A program made the translations under genes and the position numbers. From Scyliorhinus canicula (Eukaryota), in contig NC_052154.1 of NCBI RefSeq assembly GCF_902713615.1, forward strand, positions 175,283,988 to 175,347,987: 64,000 bases of DNA, given 5' to 3'. Under the pieces are notes generated by a model that searched no databases, was not told the DNA's origin, and was given only the letters and a program-made list of their open reading frames with translations. Shown one piece after another: positions 35,789 to 46,526 of this stretch; within the stretch, counting starts at the first letter, position 1, and every line of letters begins with the position of its first letter.

Positions 35789-37351
35789 TCAATCAAACAG
35801 CCTCTTGAGGAAACTCTTCGTCATGGGTGTCCTCTTCATTGTTGCCGGCGATTTCTTACGCGGCAATTTGATTGGGGTTCGCTTGATCTGTCTTTTCTTT
35901 TGTGGGGTTTGAATTCCTCGGTCAATGCGCAGGTGCTCCTTGCAAAAATACTTTGTGTTTTCCTGCGAAAACTGAATGAGCTGGGACTCTGCCAGGTCCA
36001 TGCACTGGGCGTGTACCCAGTGACCGTCCTCCCTTGCACTGGAACAGAAAATCATGGCAGGTTTGTGGAGCTCTGTGGAGTAATGAGGTGCCCAGATGTT
36101 AACGTTCATGTTGCAGTTGGGGCTGCATTTAATCCAGTAGCCTTCCTCGTCGCCGTTATCCAGGTTCTCCGCATCGTCAGAGCCATCAGCCCCCACTTCA
36201 AAGTGAAATTCTTCCGAGTCTTCAAATGTGCTGCATTCTTCTGGGTCGGTGAATGATTCCTGGCTGCAAGAAACTTGGCTTTCTTCCTCTAACTGGCCGA
36301 AATTGGCGATGTAGAAGAAGTTGGCCTCGGCTGTATCACGTTTGCTATCTCCCGGGATGCCGATTAACACAGCACCATTCCCCATATTGTTCCCAAACCA
36401 GGTTTTGCTGGCTTTGATGTCACTGGTCCAATCTGGGGGCTCCCTTTCTAGGATCTGAATGTTGTTACTGTCCAAAATGATGGTGTTACAAAGCATTCTC
36501 TTCTGACTCTCGGATTCATAGCCACCCACAATGATGAATTCATCTTTGCTGGCTTGGGCCACTATTGCACTTGACACAGCGATGCCACAGTTGAGTATTG
36601 TGCACGTTACACTTGGAGAGGTCGCTAACAGGTCAACTTTCAGACTGAGCAACCTTGCAGGGCGGTGGTTGCTTCCGATGGAGTGACCCCCCAATATGTA
36701 GACGGTGTCCATTCTCGCCATGGAGACGTGGAATGAAAAGCCATCTTCTATTTCTGGCGTCAGGTGAGAGGTGCAATGGCCAGTGTTGATATCAATCAGA
36801 AAAACCCGGGGGGCGCAGTCGACCACACTGTTCCAGTTTTCTGTGGTTCTTTGCCCCGGAGGCCGATATGATCTTCCCCCAAACAAGACACCCAGGGTCA
36901 GCCCGTTGTTCTGAATCACATTGATGGTGTGGCCATATCTCCCCTGAGGGACATCCCCTCCAAGTTTTCTCTCAATGCAGCGGAGCGATGTCCTCTTGTT
37001 GCCCGTGCTGCTGTGAACCATCATGCAATAAAGCACACTGGACAAGTCATTATTTGGATCCCTTCCTCCATGAATGAAGTACAAGAGGCTGCTTGAATCT
37101 GAGGGGTCTGAGTGATGGGTGATTGCGGGGCATCGCAGTGGAGGGAGGTAGCAGGAATCAGGAGAAAACGACACCGCTTTCAGTTTGAGAACATGCCCCT
37201 TGAGCTGCAGGAGGAAAACTCCTGTGCTGCAGGATCTCCTTGGCCAACCTTTCTGACCAAAAAGGAAGATTTCCCCGTGAAAATTGAACAGCGAGAATCC
37301 GGTGGCGATGAGCGCAGTGTTGCTGTTATCTGAAACCATTTGCAGGGACAT
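35789..37351 (-). CDS. RAG2: V(D)J recombination-activating protein 2 (520 aa; true start is Met16 of the listed ORF)
   Basis: Begins MSLQMV...GFSL...FGQKGWPRRSC, has kelch repeats, acidic hinge FEDSEEF, PHD finger (GYWIKC, KPAMIFC, GHWVHAQC) and C-terminal SFLKRLFD. Minus-strand acceptor tttctttgcaAG ends at 37376, 24 nt before the ATG at 37351. Confidence 0.99.
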   Translation of the reverse strand: MSLQMVSDNSNTALIATGFSLFNFHGEIFLFGQKGWPRRSCSTGVFLLQLKGHVLKLKAVSFSPDSCYLPPLRCPAITHHSDPSDSSSLLYFIHGGRDPNNDLSSVLYCMMVHSSTGNKRTSLRCIERKLGGDVPQGRYGHTINVIQNNGLTLGVLFGGRSYRPPGQRTTENWNSVVDCAPRVFLIDINTGHCTSHLTPEIEDGFSFHVSMARMDTVYILGGHSIGSNHRPARLLSLKVDLLATSPSVTCTILNCGIAVSSAIVAQASKDEFIIVGGYESESQKRMLCNTIILDSNNIQILEREPPDWTSDIKASKTWFGNNMGNGAVLIGIPGDSKRDTAEANFFYIANFGQLEEESQVSCSQESFTDPEECSTFEDSEEFHFEVGADGSDDAENLDNGDEEGYWIKCSPNCNMNVNIWAPHYSTELHKPAMIFCSSAREDGHWVHAQCMDLAESQLIQFSQENTKYFCKEHLRIDRGIQTPQKKRQIKRTPIKLPRKKSPATMKRTPMTKSFLKRLFD

Positions 37352-37465
37352 GTTTGCAATGGGAAGCTGACAAACCTTGCAAAGAAAAAGAAACATAAAA
37401 GAATATTAGAGCTGAAAGATTTATCGCAACATTGAGTGTGCTGGGTTTTGAGGAAGCTGAACTTC

Positions 37466-37768
37466 TAATAATGATCTTTATTGTCACAAGTAGGCTCACA
37501 TTAACACTACAATGAAGTTACTGTGAAAAGCCCCTAGTCGCCACATTCTGGCGCCTGTTCGGGTACACAGAGGGAGAATTCAGAAAGCCCAATTCACCTA
37601 ACAAGCACATCTTTCGGGACTTGTGGGGGAAAACCGGAGCACCCGGAGGAAACCCACGCAGACACAGGGAGAACGTGGAGATTTCCCACAGACAGTGACC
37701 CAGCCGGAAATCAAACCTGGGACCCTGGCGCTGTGAAGCATCAGTGCTAACCACTGTGCTACCGTGCC
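37466..37768 (-). mobile_element. V-SINE (alternative-tail subfamily) about 90 bp into the RAG2 intron
   Basis: Same family as 11031-11313. Confidence 0.85.
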
Positions 37769-38289
37769 ACGTAACCCCTCTGGAAACTCTTTGGCAGCTG
37801 CAATGCAGTTTTCCCCTATAATTTGTCTGATAAATCAACATTTAAAAACAAACTTCACTTTATATTTCAGCATTCAATTACTTTAAGTGGTGAAATTATT
37901 TTGTTATGAAACGAAAACATTGTGCATTGATTTTTTTTTTGGTTTTCAAAAAAATCAATTATTTGGAACGCACAAGCTGCAATTTCTTTCACTTTCCTCC
38001 AGCTCACTGTTTATTTCAATCCCAGCTCAGGATATGCTTCGTATTTTAGTTATTGTTCCATCGGTAGAGGGGTGGGGAAATTGTCCTGAGCGGGTTAATT
38101 GTACATCAGCCAGAGACAATGACCTGGAAACTGGTTAGCAGCGGTGGGGTCAGATTAGGAAATAATTCACGTGGTGGGAGAGGTTGGGAGGCTGCAAGTC
38201 TTGCCGGGCATTGGCCACTCATGTACTGAACGCCAGAGACCTCCACGGTATGCACCCTGCAATCTCAAACAGCCTCTCACTACAACACT

Positions 38290-39160
38290 GGATAAAAGCA
38301 AATTACTGCGGATGCTGGAATCTGAAACAAAAGAGAAAATTCTGGAAAATCTCAGCAGGTCTGGCAGCATCTGTAGGGAGAGAAAAGAGCTAATGTTTCG
38401 AGTCCGATGACTCTTTGTCAAAGCTAACAGACAGAGAAAGTGGGAAATATTTATACTGTGGAGTGAGAATGAAAGATGGGTCATAGCCACAGAAACCCAG
38501 GGAAACCGGGTGCTAATGGCCACAGAAACCAAGGGGAAAGAGTGTTAATGGCAGTCCCCAGAGAGAGCAAAAGATGTGAAAAGCCAAACAGCAGAGAAAC
38601 TAACATCAGAGGATGAACTGTAGATGTGGCGGGAGGGGAAGGGGAAGCAAAGAGGAGAAAGGTGCAGGAAAGGTGGATAAGACTGGGGGGGATTAAATAT
38701 ATATTAAGAAAGAAAGAAATGGTAAAAGACAGTTAAAATGAAATGAGATGAAAACAAATGGGTCGAGGTGGGGCTGATCATCTGAAGTTGTTAACTTCGA
38801 TGTTGAGACCGGAAGGCTGTAGCGTGCCTAACTGGAAGATGAGATGTTGTTCCTCCAGTTTGCGTTGAGCTTCACTGGAACATTGCAGCAGGCCAAGAAC
38901 AGACACGTGGGTATGGGAGCAGGGTCTTTTGTCAAAATAGCAAGCAACAGGAAGGTCAGGGTCCTGAATGCGCACAGACCAAAGATGCTCAGCAAAGCGA
39001 TCACCCAGTCTGTGTTTGGTCTCTCCGATATGGAAGAGACCACATTGGGAGCAGCGAATGCAGGAGTAGACCAAATTGGAAGAGATGCAAGTGAAACATT
39101 GCTTAACCTGGAATGAGTGTTTTGGGCCTGGGGTGTTAAGCATGGAAGAGGTAAACCTTA
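38290..39160 (-). mobile_element. Penelope-like element 3' end (GIY-YIG and terminal repeat)
   Basis: NLVYSCIRCSQCGLFHIGETKHRLGDRFAEH...RKLEEQHLIFQLGTLQPSGLNIE. Confidence 0.88.
38388..38425 (-). ncRNA. Hammerhead ribozyme variant (U3-A8 core), probably impaired
   Basis: AGCU-UUGACAA-A-GAGUC-AUCG-GACUC-GAAA-CAUU-AGCU. Stems I and II are perfect; the stem III ACGU palindrome has become ACAU. Confidence 0.55.
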
Positions 39161-39241
39161 ACCTTAACCTTTCTCCTCTTTGCTTCCACCGGCCGCCCAC
39201 TATTGGTGATAATTAATCTCACAAATATCGCAGTGGATAGT

Positions 39242-39564
39242 TGTGGTGAATGTATTATACTAATAATCCACCAGTGTATTTGTATCTGTGCTGTCGCACT
39301 TGTATTTGTATATTTGTATCTGTGCCATACTGTTGCCCTTGTAGGCTTTTCCTATGGGCCATTGTATGGCATTAACCATAGGGGAACATGTTGGGCATGT
39401 ATGGGCGCTGCCCATGGCTTCTCCCCCTTGAAGGGAGGTATAAAGAGCAGTCAACCTGCCGGCAGTTATCAGAATTGGTTCAGTCGCAGGCAGGCACTGT
39501 TCTAAGTTGATTAAAGCCACGGTTTACTTCTACTCAAGTCTCGAGTGAATTGATGGTCGCATCA
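39242..39564 (+). mobile_element. Solo LTR related to LTR C, with 5-bp TSD
   Basis: TGTGGTG...GTCGCATCA with TATAAA and ATTAAA inside. ATAGT is duplicated at 39237-39241 and 39565-39569. Confidence 0.9.
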
Positions 39565-39589
39565 ATAGTAAACAAGACAGTTTTGAATG

Positions 39590-41565
39590 AGAGGTAGACA
39601 CTGGAAGCATACATAAGATCAAGGCGACTGAAACTGATGAAACTTTGGAGGAATATCGTGAAAGTAGGACAAATCTCAAACGCGCAATAAAGAGGGCTAA
39701 AAGGGGTCATGAAATATCTTTGGCTAACAGGGTTAAGGAAAATCCCAAAACCTTTTATTCGTATATAAGGCGCAAGAGGGTAACTAGAGAAAGGATTGGC
39801 CCACTCAAAGACAAAAGAGGGAATTTATGCGTGGAGTCAGAGGAAATGGGTGAGATTCTTAATGAGTACTTTGCATCGGTATTCACCAAGGAGAGGGACA
39901 TGACGGATGTTGAGGCTAGGGATTGATGTTTAAATACTCTAGGTCAAGTCGCCATAAGGAAGGGGGAAGTTTTGGGTATTCTAAAAGGCATTAAGGTGGA
40001 CAAGTCCCCAGGACCGGATGGGATCTATCCCAGGTTACTGATGGAAGCGAGGGACGAAATAGCTGGGGCCTTAACAGATGTCTTTGCAGCATCCTTGAGC
40101 ACGGGTGAGGTCCCGGAGAACTGGAGAATTGCTAATGTTGTCCCTTTGTTTAAGAAGGGTAGTAGGGATAATCCAGGGAATTCTAGACCTGTGAGCTTGA
40201 CGTCAGTGGTAGGCAAACTGTTGGAGAAGATACTGAGGGATAGGATCTATTCACATTTGGAAGAAAATAGACTTATCAGTGATAGGCAGCATGGTTTTGT
40301 GCAGGGAAGGTCATGTCTCACAAACCTAATAGAATTCTTTGAGGAAGTGACAAAGTTAATTGATGAGGGAAGGGCTGTAGATGTCATATACATGGACTTC
40401 AGTAAGGTGTTTGATAAAGTTTCCCATGGCAGGTTGATGGAAAAAGTGAAGTTGTATGGGGTTCAGGATGTACTAGCTAGATGGATAAAGAACCGGCTGG
40501 GCAACAGGAGACAGAGAGTAGTGGTGGAAGGGAGTGTCTCAAAATGGAGAAAGGTGACTAGTGGTGTTCCACAGGGATCCGTGCTCGGACCACTGTTGTT
40601 TGTGATATACACAAATGATCTGGACGAAGGTATAGGTGGTCTGATTAGCAAGTTTGCAAATGATACTAAGATTGGTGGAGTTGCAGATAGCGAGGAGAAC
40701 TGTCAGAGAATACAGCAAAATATAGATAGATTGGAGAGTTGGGCAGAGAAATGGCAGATGGAGTTCAATCCAGGCAAATGCGAGGTGATGCATTTTGGAA
40801 GATCTAATTCAAGAGCGGACTATATGGTCAATGGAAGAGTCCTGGGGAAAATTGATGTACAGAGAGATCTGGGAGTTCAGGTCCATTGTACCTTGAAGGT
40901 GGCAACGCAGGTCGATAGAGTGGTCAAGAAGGCATACAGCATGCTTGCCTTCATCGGACGGGGTATTGAGTACAAGAGTCAGCAGGTCATGTTACAGTTG
41001 TATAGGACTTTGGTTTGGCCACATTTGGAATACTGCGTGCAGTTCTGGTCGCCACATTACCAGAAGGATGTGGATGCTTTAGAGAGGGTGCAGAGGAGGT
41101 TCACCAGGATGTTGCCTGGTATGGAGGGTGCTAGCTATGAAGAAAGGTTGAGTAGATTAGGATTGTTTTCGTTGGAAAGACGGAGGTTGAGGGGGGACCT
41201 GGTTGAGGTCTACAAAATTATGAGAGATATGGACAGGGTGGACAGCAATAAGCTTTTTCCAAGAGTGGGGTGTCAATTACAAGGGGTCATGATTTCAAGG
41301 TGAAAGGGGGAAAGTTTAAGGGAGATGTGTGTGGAAAGTATTTTACGCAGAGGGTGGTGGGTGCCTGGAACGCTTTGCCAGCGGAGGTGCTAGAGGCGGG
41401 CACGATAGCATTATTTAAGATGCTATATGAACGTGCGGGGAACAGAGGGAAGTAGATCCTTGGAAAATAGGTGACAGGTTTAGATAAAGGATCTGGATCG
41501 GTGCAGGCTGGTAGGGCCGAAGGGCCTGTTCCTGTGTTGTAATTTTCTTTGTTCTTTTTGTTCTA
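39590..41565 (+). mobile_element. 5'-truncated CR1 LINE (tether and RT, ORF 39972-41303) with 3' tail
   Basis: KSPGPDG, DFSKVFDKV, GVPQGSVLGP, and FADD mutated to FAND. (TTGTTCT)n tail at about 41545-41565. Confidence 0.93.
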
Positions 41566-41759
41566 ATTCAGTCACTCCTGTCACATCACCTTCCCTTAGT
41601 TCTTGTTTACTATCCACTGTGATATTTGTGGGATTCATTATTTGGGAGCACTGGTAATAATATATTCAACATATTTCTAGGATACATCATCTTCTTATGG
41701 AATACTATAAGAGACATAACAAGATGGGACATCTGTTCCCCCCTACTTGCTCCCCCCCG

Positions 41760-42013
41760 GATTCCGGAACTAACATTGAGTGGATGAATTTACTCGGAAG
41801 GCTCATTTCCAGGGGGAAAATGCCGCTTGGATTTGTGGGTTTTGTAGTTTCCAGTGGGAAAATGCCGCTTGCGATTGTGGGGGTTGTAGTTTCCAGTGGG
41901 AAAATGCCGCTGCGGTTGTGGGGGTTGTAGTTTCCAGTCTCGCCCACCCAGACTACAGCTCCCAGAAAACCCCGCACCGGCTCTGCCCCGCCCCCTCAGC
42001 GTTGCTAAGCGAC
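41760..42013 (+). promoter_or_regulatory. IFTAP/NWC promoter inside the RAG2 intron, probably bidirectional
   Basis: Four ACTACAnnnCCCA motifs (three on - within a tandem repeat, one on + at 41952-41964), TTCCGGAA and CGGAAG ETS sites at 41762-41800, GC box CCCCGCCCCC at 41986-41995, X-box GTTGCTAAGCGAC at 42001-42013, and local CpG enrichment. Confidence 0.8.
41806..41937. repeat. 41-42 bp tandem repeat, three units plus a partial unit, in the NWC promoter
   Basis: Unit TTTCCAGTGGGAAAATGCCGCTTGCGATTGTGGGGGTTGTAG. Units start at 41806, 41848, 41890 and 41931. Confidence 0.95.
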
Positions 42014-42023
42014 AGGAAGGAAG
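41995..42023 (+). other. IFTAP: Putative IFTAP non-coding exon 1 (5' end uncertain)
   Basis: Strong donor AAG|GTAAGA with GT at 42024, immediately after the promoter motif cluster. Confidence 0.6.
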
Positions 42024-42189
42024 GTAAGAGCGCTGGAAACTGCACCAAAAATCTTTAAAATATTCATAACAAAATCCAAGTTTTTACTTATTACAGAATA
42101 AACTTATAGCAACGGCTGCTTAATAATACCCAGATGCATCTGAATCCTCAAACCCCAATCTGTAATAAATAATTAAATAACTCCCACAG

Positions 42190-43020
42190 CGGGATCAGGA
42201 TCTGGAACAGGATTTGTATCAGGAGCTGGAACAGGATTTGTAACAGGAGCTGGAGCAGGATTTGGATCAAGAGCTGGCTAAGGTTCAGGAACTGTATCTG
42301 GATCTGGAGCAGGAGCTGGACCAGGATCTGGAATAGGATTTGTATCAGGATCTGGAGCAGGATTTGGATCAGGAGCTGGCTAAGGTTCAGGAACTGCATC
42401 TGGATCAGGATCTGGAATAGGATTTGGATCAGGATCTGGAGCAGGATTTGTATCAGGATCTGGAGCAGGATTTGGATCACGAGCTGGCTAAGGTTCAGGA
42501 ACTGTATCTGGATCTGGAGCAGGAGCTGGACCAGGATCTGGAATAGGATTTGTATCAGGATCTGGAGCAGGATTTGGATCAGGAGCTGGCTAAGGTTCAG
42601 GAACTGCATCTGGATCAGGATCTGGAATAGGATTAGTATCAGGATCTGGAGCAGGATTTGTATCAGGATCTGGAGCAGGATTTAGATCAGGAGCTGCCTA
42701 AGGTTCAGGAGCCGGATCAGGAGCAGGAGCTAGATCAGGAGCCAGAGCAGGAGCTAGATCTTGATCAGGAGCAGGAAGGATCAGAATCAGGAACAAGATA
42801 AAGAAAAGCAGTTGTAGCTGGAGCAGGAGCTGGATCTAGATAAGGAGCTGGTTCTAGATCGGGAGCAGGAGCTGCACAGGATTGGGAATGAGATCAGAAT
42901 TAAGAGCAGTAGCTTTATCGGGAGTAGGATCAGGAGTGGGAACACAATCTGGTTTAGGAGCCACAATGAATTACAGGAATAGGAGCAGGAGAATCAGGGT
43001 TAGGAGCAGCAGAAGGCCTT
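42190..43020. repeat. Hexamer-based minisatellite with a 210-bp higher-order repeat
   Basis: GGA(T/G)C(T/A)-type units. Marker TAAGG at 42279, 42381, 42489, 42591 and 42699, giving spacings of 102, 108, 102 and 108. Confidence 0.92.
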
Positions 43021-44419
43021 GGATACCCTCCTCACCAGTGCCTTCACCCCAATCACTTCCCCACATTCCTAGAATATCCAAATTACCTAACAAGCACGTT
43101 GTTCGGGACTTGTGGAAGGAAACCGGAGCACCCGGAGGAAACCCACCCACATACAGAGTATCACCAAAACCTAATAATCTATGTGCCTTTAGGAGAGCGG
43201 TCAATCTTAATTGTTTCATGGGATGTCACTGGCTAGGCCTTGAACCGCGGCAGTCCATGTGGTGTAGGTACACCCACAGTCCTGTTCGGGAGGGAGTTCC
43301 AGAATTTTGACCCAGCGACAGTGAACAAACATGATATATTTCTAAGTTAGGATGGTGAGTGGCTTGGAGGGGAACCTCCAGGTTGTGGTGTTGCCATGTA
43401 TCTGCTACCCTTGTCCTTCTGGGTGGTAGTGGTCGTGGGTTTGGAAGTGCTGTCGAAGGACCCTTGGTGAGTTCCTGCAGTGAATCTTGTAGATGGTACA
43501 GATGGTCGGTGCAGACTCGATGGGTCGAATGGCCACCTTCTGCAATGTAGGGATTCTATGGATTCTATGCATGTTTGGCAGACTGTGTTCAGAGCTTCTG
43601 CTGTTTCATCTCTGACTTCATTCCATGTTCAAGGATGCTTCCCCTTGGGGCGCAGTGTTTTTAACTTTTGAGTTGCACGACTTTCTATTACTCTAGCCTA
43701 TGGTAGAGGTATAATTTTGCAATATTGCAATAACATTTTGCAATATCAGTTTTGTTACGGACATTTCATTTTCTCTTCTGAATTCTAACATTCCTTCTCT
43801 TGCCTTTCGGCTTGGTACATGTGTAGGCCTCAGAAAGCAATACCTTAAGTTTCAGTGAACCAATGTTTTCTCCTGAAATGCAGTTAATTGAAACGAGGCC
43901 CTGGTGGCACTCGTTGCAATAAAAGATAGTGTTAATCACTGAGCAACCTGCATTGCCGAGCAATTCACTTTTCATCTTGTGGCAACTAGGGGATTTTCAC
44001 AGTAACTTCACTGCAGTGTTAATGTAAGCCTACTGGTGATACTAATAAAGATTATTATTATTAAACCATTTTTTTTCAAAGAATCTGGCTTTCCTTAAGA
44101 AACCAAAACCAATTTCTTACAGAAATCTGACAAAATCATGTCATTTTCATTTCTAGAATTGTTCCTTGAATTTTTTTTTAATATGGAATTTCGATTGAAA
44201 TTCTTCAATTTCCAATCAAATATTTAAACTGGACCTAATCAGCGTCTTAAAAATGTGAATTCTTCAACCATGGAATCAGTTGAAAATGAGCCTTGTGCTA
44301 CTTCTTAATGTTCGGAAGGTATTTGCGAAAATGGAAAATCTTCATTAATAAGTAATGTAAATTAAGAGGGTGGATTATGGTTGCTTTTTGAAGTAATTAG
44401 TCGTATCCCAGAAATACAG

Positions 44420-44975
44420 GGCGGGATTCTCCGTAGCCTGACGCCGAAATTGGGATCGGCGATCGGATGGAGAATGGCTTCCGAAGCCGGAATCGGGGCA
44501 GGCGCTGGTTTGACGCCGGTTTGCGATGCTCCGCCCCCTCCAAATCGGCATCATCGGGACGTGCATTGAGTGCAGTCGCAACACCGTTGGCACGTCATCA
44601 GCCTGGTCACCCATGCTGCTCCGCTCCCGATGGGCCAAGTTCCCGACAGCACGGGCCATGTGTGGTCCCAGCGGTCAGGAACCTGGCGTGCCGGCTGTAG
44701 ACAGTGTTCAGCGGTGATAACTCGGCCGGGATCTGTGTCGCTGGCTAAAGAACTTTTGCTAAGGCTGGGGGGAGTGGTGAGGGGTGGCCAGGGGGTGGGT
44801 TGTGGGGTCGGGGTGGGCGGGTACGTGGTCCACACAACCGACGCCATGTTTCCCAGCGCGACTGGTGGGGGCTTAGACGTGCGCAGCGATTCTCCGGCTG
44901 TTCTCAACGCAACCTGCGGGTGTTCCATGCGGCGCCGGTGCTAGCCCCTCACCGGTACCAGAATTGGGGAGGGAT
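44420..44975. mobile_element. GC-rich TIR element
   Basis: Starts GGCGGGATTCTCCG. Internal CCGATCGCCGATCCC-type inverted motifs are shared with the other copies. Confidence 0.7.
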
Positions 44976-45610
44976 TTAATTTCCCTGTTGTAGAGCACTA
45001 TGGCAAACAGTAAGTGCTCCTGCTGAGAGGATGGGAGATTATGTTTGAATTTCACTGGTTGATATTCTATCCAGTGATGCTGTCTGGGACATTCAGTGAT
45101 AATTATTGCCAGTTTTGAATATGCATAACTGCAGAAACTGCAACATGGAGACTATTGCGTTTTTAGTTTTCATGGTTAATGATAATCACGGCAGACCAGG
45201 TATTAAATAATATTTCCCTTTCATTAAGTATTCACTAAAATTCAACATTTACACAAAATTTACATTTACAGTAATCTTTGTCCAAATTTATAATTCATTT
45301 GACTTTTGTATGTAGAGTGGTTACTCTGTGGAAACCTTTCAGATTTTTGCACTTTTTAAAAAGGCAACTAACCAATATCCAGTTTGTTAATTGTATTCTT
45401 GATAGATTAGAAACTGGAGGGAGTTTGTGGACTGTCCTTCCCTGATCCTCCAGTTTTCTTAATTTTCCTTTACTCGGAGATTGGGGTGGGAGACAGTTTC
45501 ACATTCACCAACTGCCCTCTGGTATCTCACCATCTGACCATACTTGATGTCTGAGACTCGTTTGATTATGGATAGACCTGACATCTCTCCCAAATATCGA
45601 AATCGGGTGA

Positions 45611-45816
45611 GGCCGGCACGGTGGTGCAGTAGTTAGCGCTGATGCCTCAGGGCACCGAGGACCAGGGTACGATCCAGGCCCCGGGTCACTGTCCGTGTGG
45701 AGTTTGCACATTCTCCCCATGTCTGCGTGGACCTCACCCCCACACATCCCAGAGATGTGCAGGGTGGTAGATTGGCCACGCTAAATTGACCCTGAATTGG
45801 AAAAACTTTCAAAAAA
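45611..45816 (+). mobile_element. V-SINE (short subfamily)
   Basis: A and B boxes plus AATTGGAAAAA tail. Confidence 0.8.
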
Positions 45817-46526
45817 GAAATTGCCAGGGTGCAAATCACCATAAGTATCATTTTAATTGGGTTTTGGATTTAAATTCTGAGGCAGTCACAATTGGAAACG
45901 AACTGAACTATTTCAAGAGTTTAAATTCAACATGTTTGTTCTCAGATTATGCACGTTACAGGGTCACATTATAGTGTATCGGAGGTTGGAGCAGCATCAA
46001 GTTTAAATGGAAAAAAAACAAATCTCACAATCTGGGCAAAATAAATGGTTGCTTGTCACTGTTTATAGTTAATGATAAATCTATTTTAGTTTATCTTTTA
46101 TCTCTATCTCTGTACTAAATGTATTTCAAGTCACCTTAACTTTCTTCCAATACAAAGGCAGTTGCAAAATATTATAGGTTTTTAATCACTGTCTTTTCTG
46201 GCTTCAGGTTTCCTTTCAATAGAACTTGAGTAGATTAGCTACCAGCCTATTCTGTCTCTGATCCATTTTGCTGACTGCATTATTATTCTTTGAATACAAA
46301 AATTAAACTTAATCAGGATTGATAAGATTTTTATCTGTAAATACAGTATGGAGATCTTCACTGTTAGAGAATAAATAGAGCACAAATATGATAATCAGCT
46401 TTAATCACCTGTATAAGGACATGATTTCTCCCCCACTCAATTATCTGTACCATTTACTCTCTTGAGTTACAAATGGTAATTTTAAATAATATTCTAACTT
46501 TATTTTCAGTTTGTTCCTTATTAACT

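Noticed and set aside
37352-37396. 15 extra N-terminal codons on the RAG2 ORF (MFLFLCKVCQLPIAN)
   Set aside because: The upstream ATG lies in the intronic polypyrimidine tract beyond the acceptor at 37376. The conserved start is MSLQM.
39972-41303. 443-aa RT ORF as a possibly active LINE or domesticated gene
   Set aside because: It is 5'-truncated, has an upstream in-frame stop, lacks the endonuclease, and the catalytic FADD is mutated to FAND.
41806-41937. Regularly spaced repeats as a CRISPR-like array
   Set aside because: The units are contiguous near-identical tandem copies with no unique spacers, and the context is eukaryotic.
42148-42609. 153-aa Leu/Ile/Gln-rich ORF
   Set aside because: It is a translation of the hexamer minisatellite, with no splice or Kozak support.
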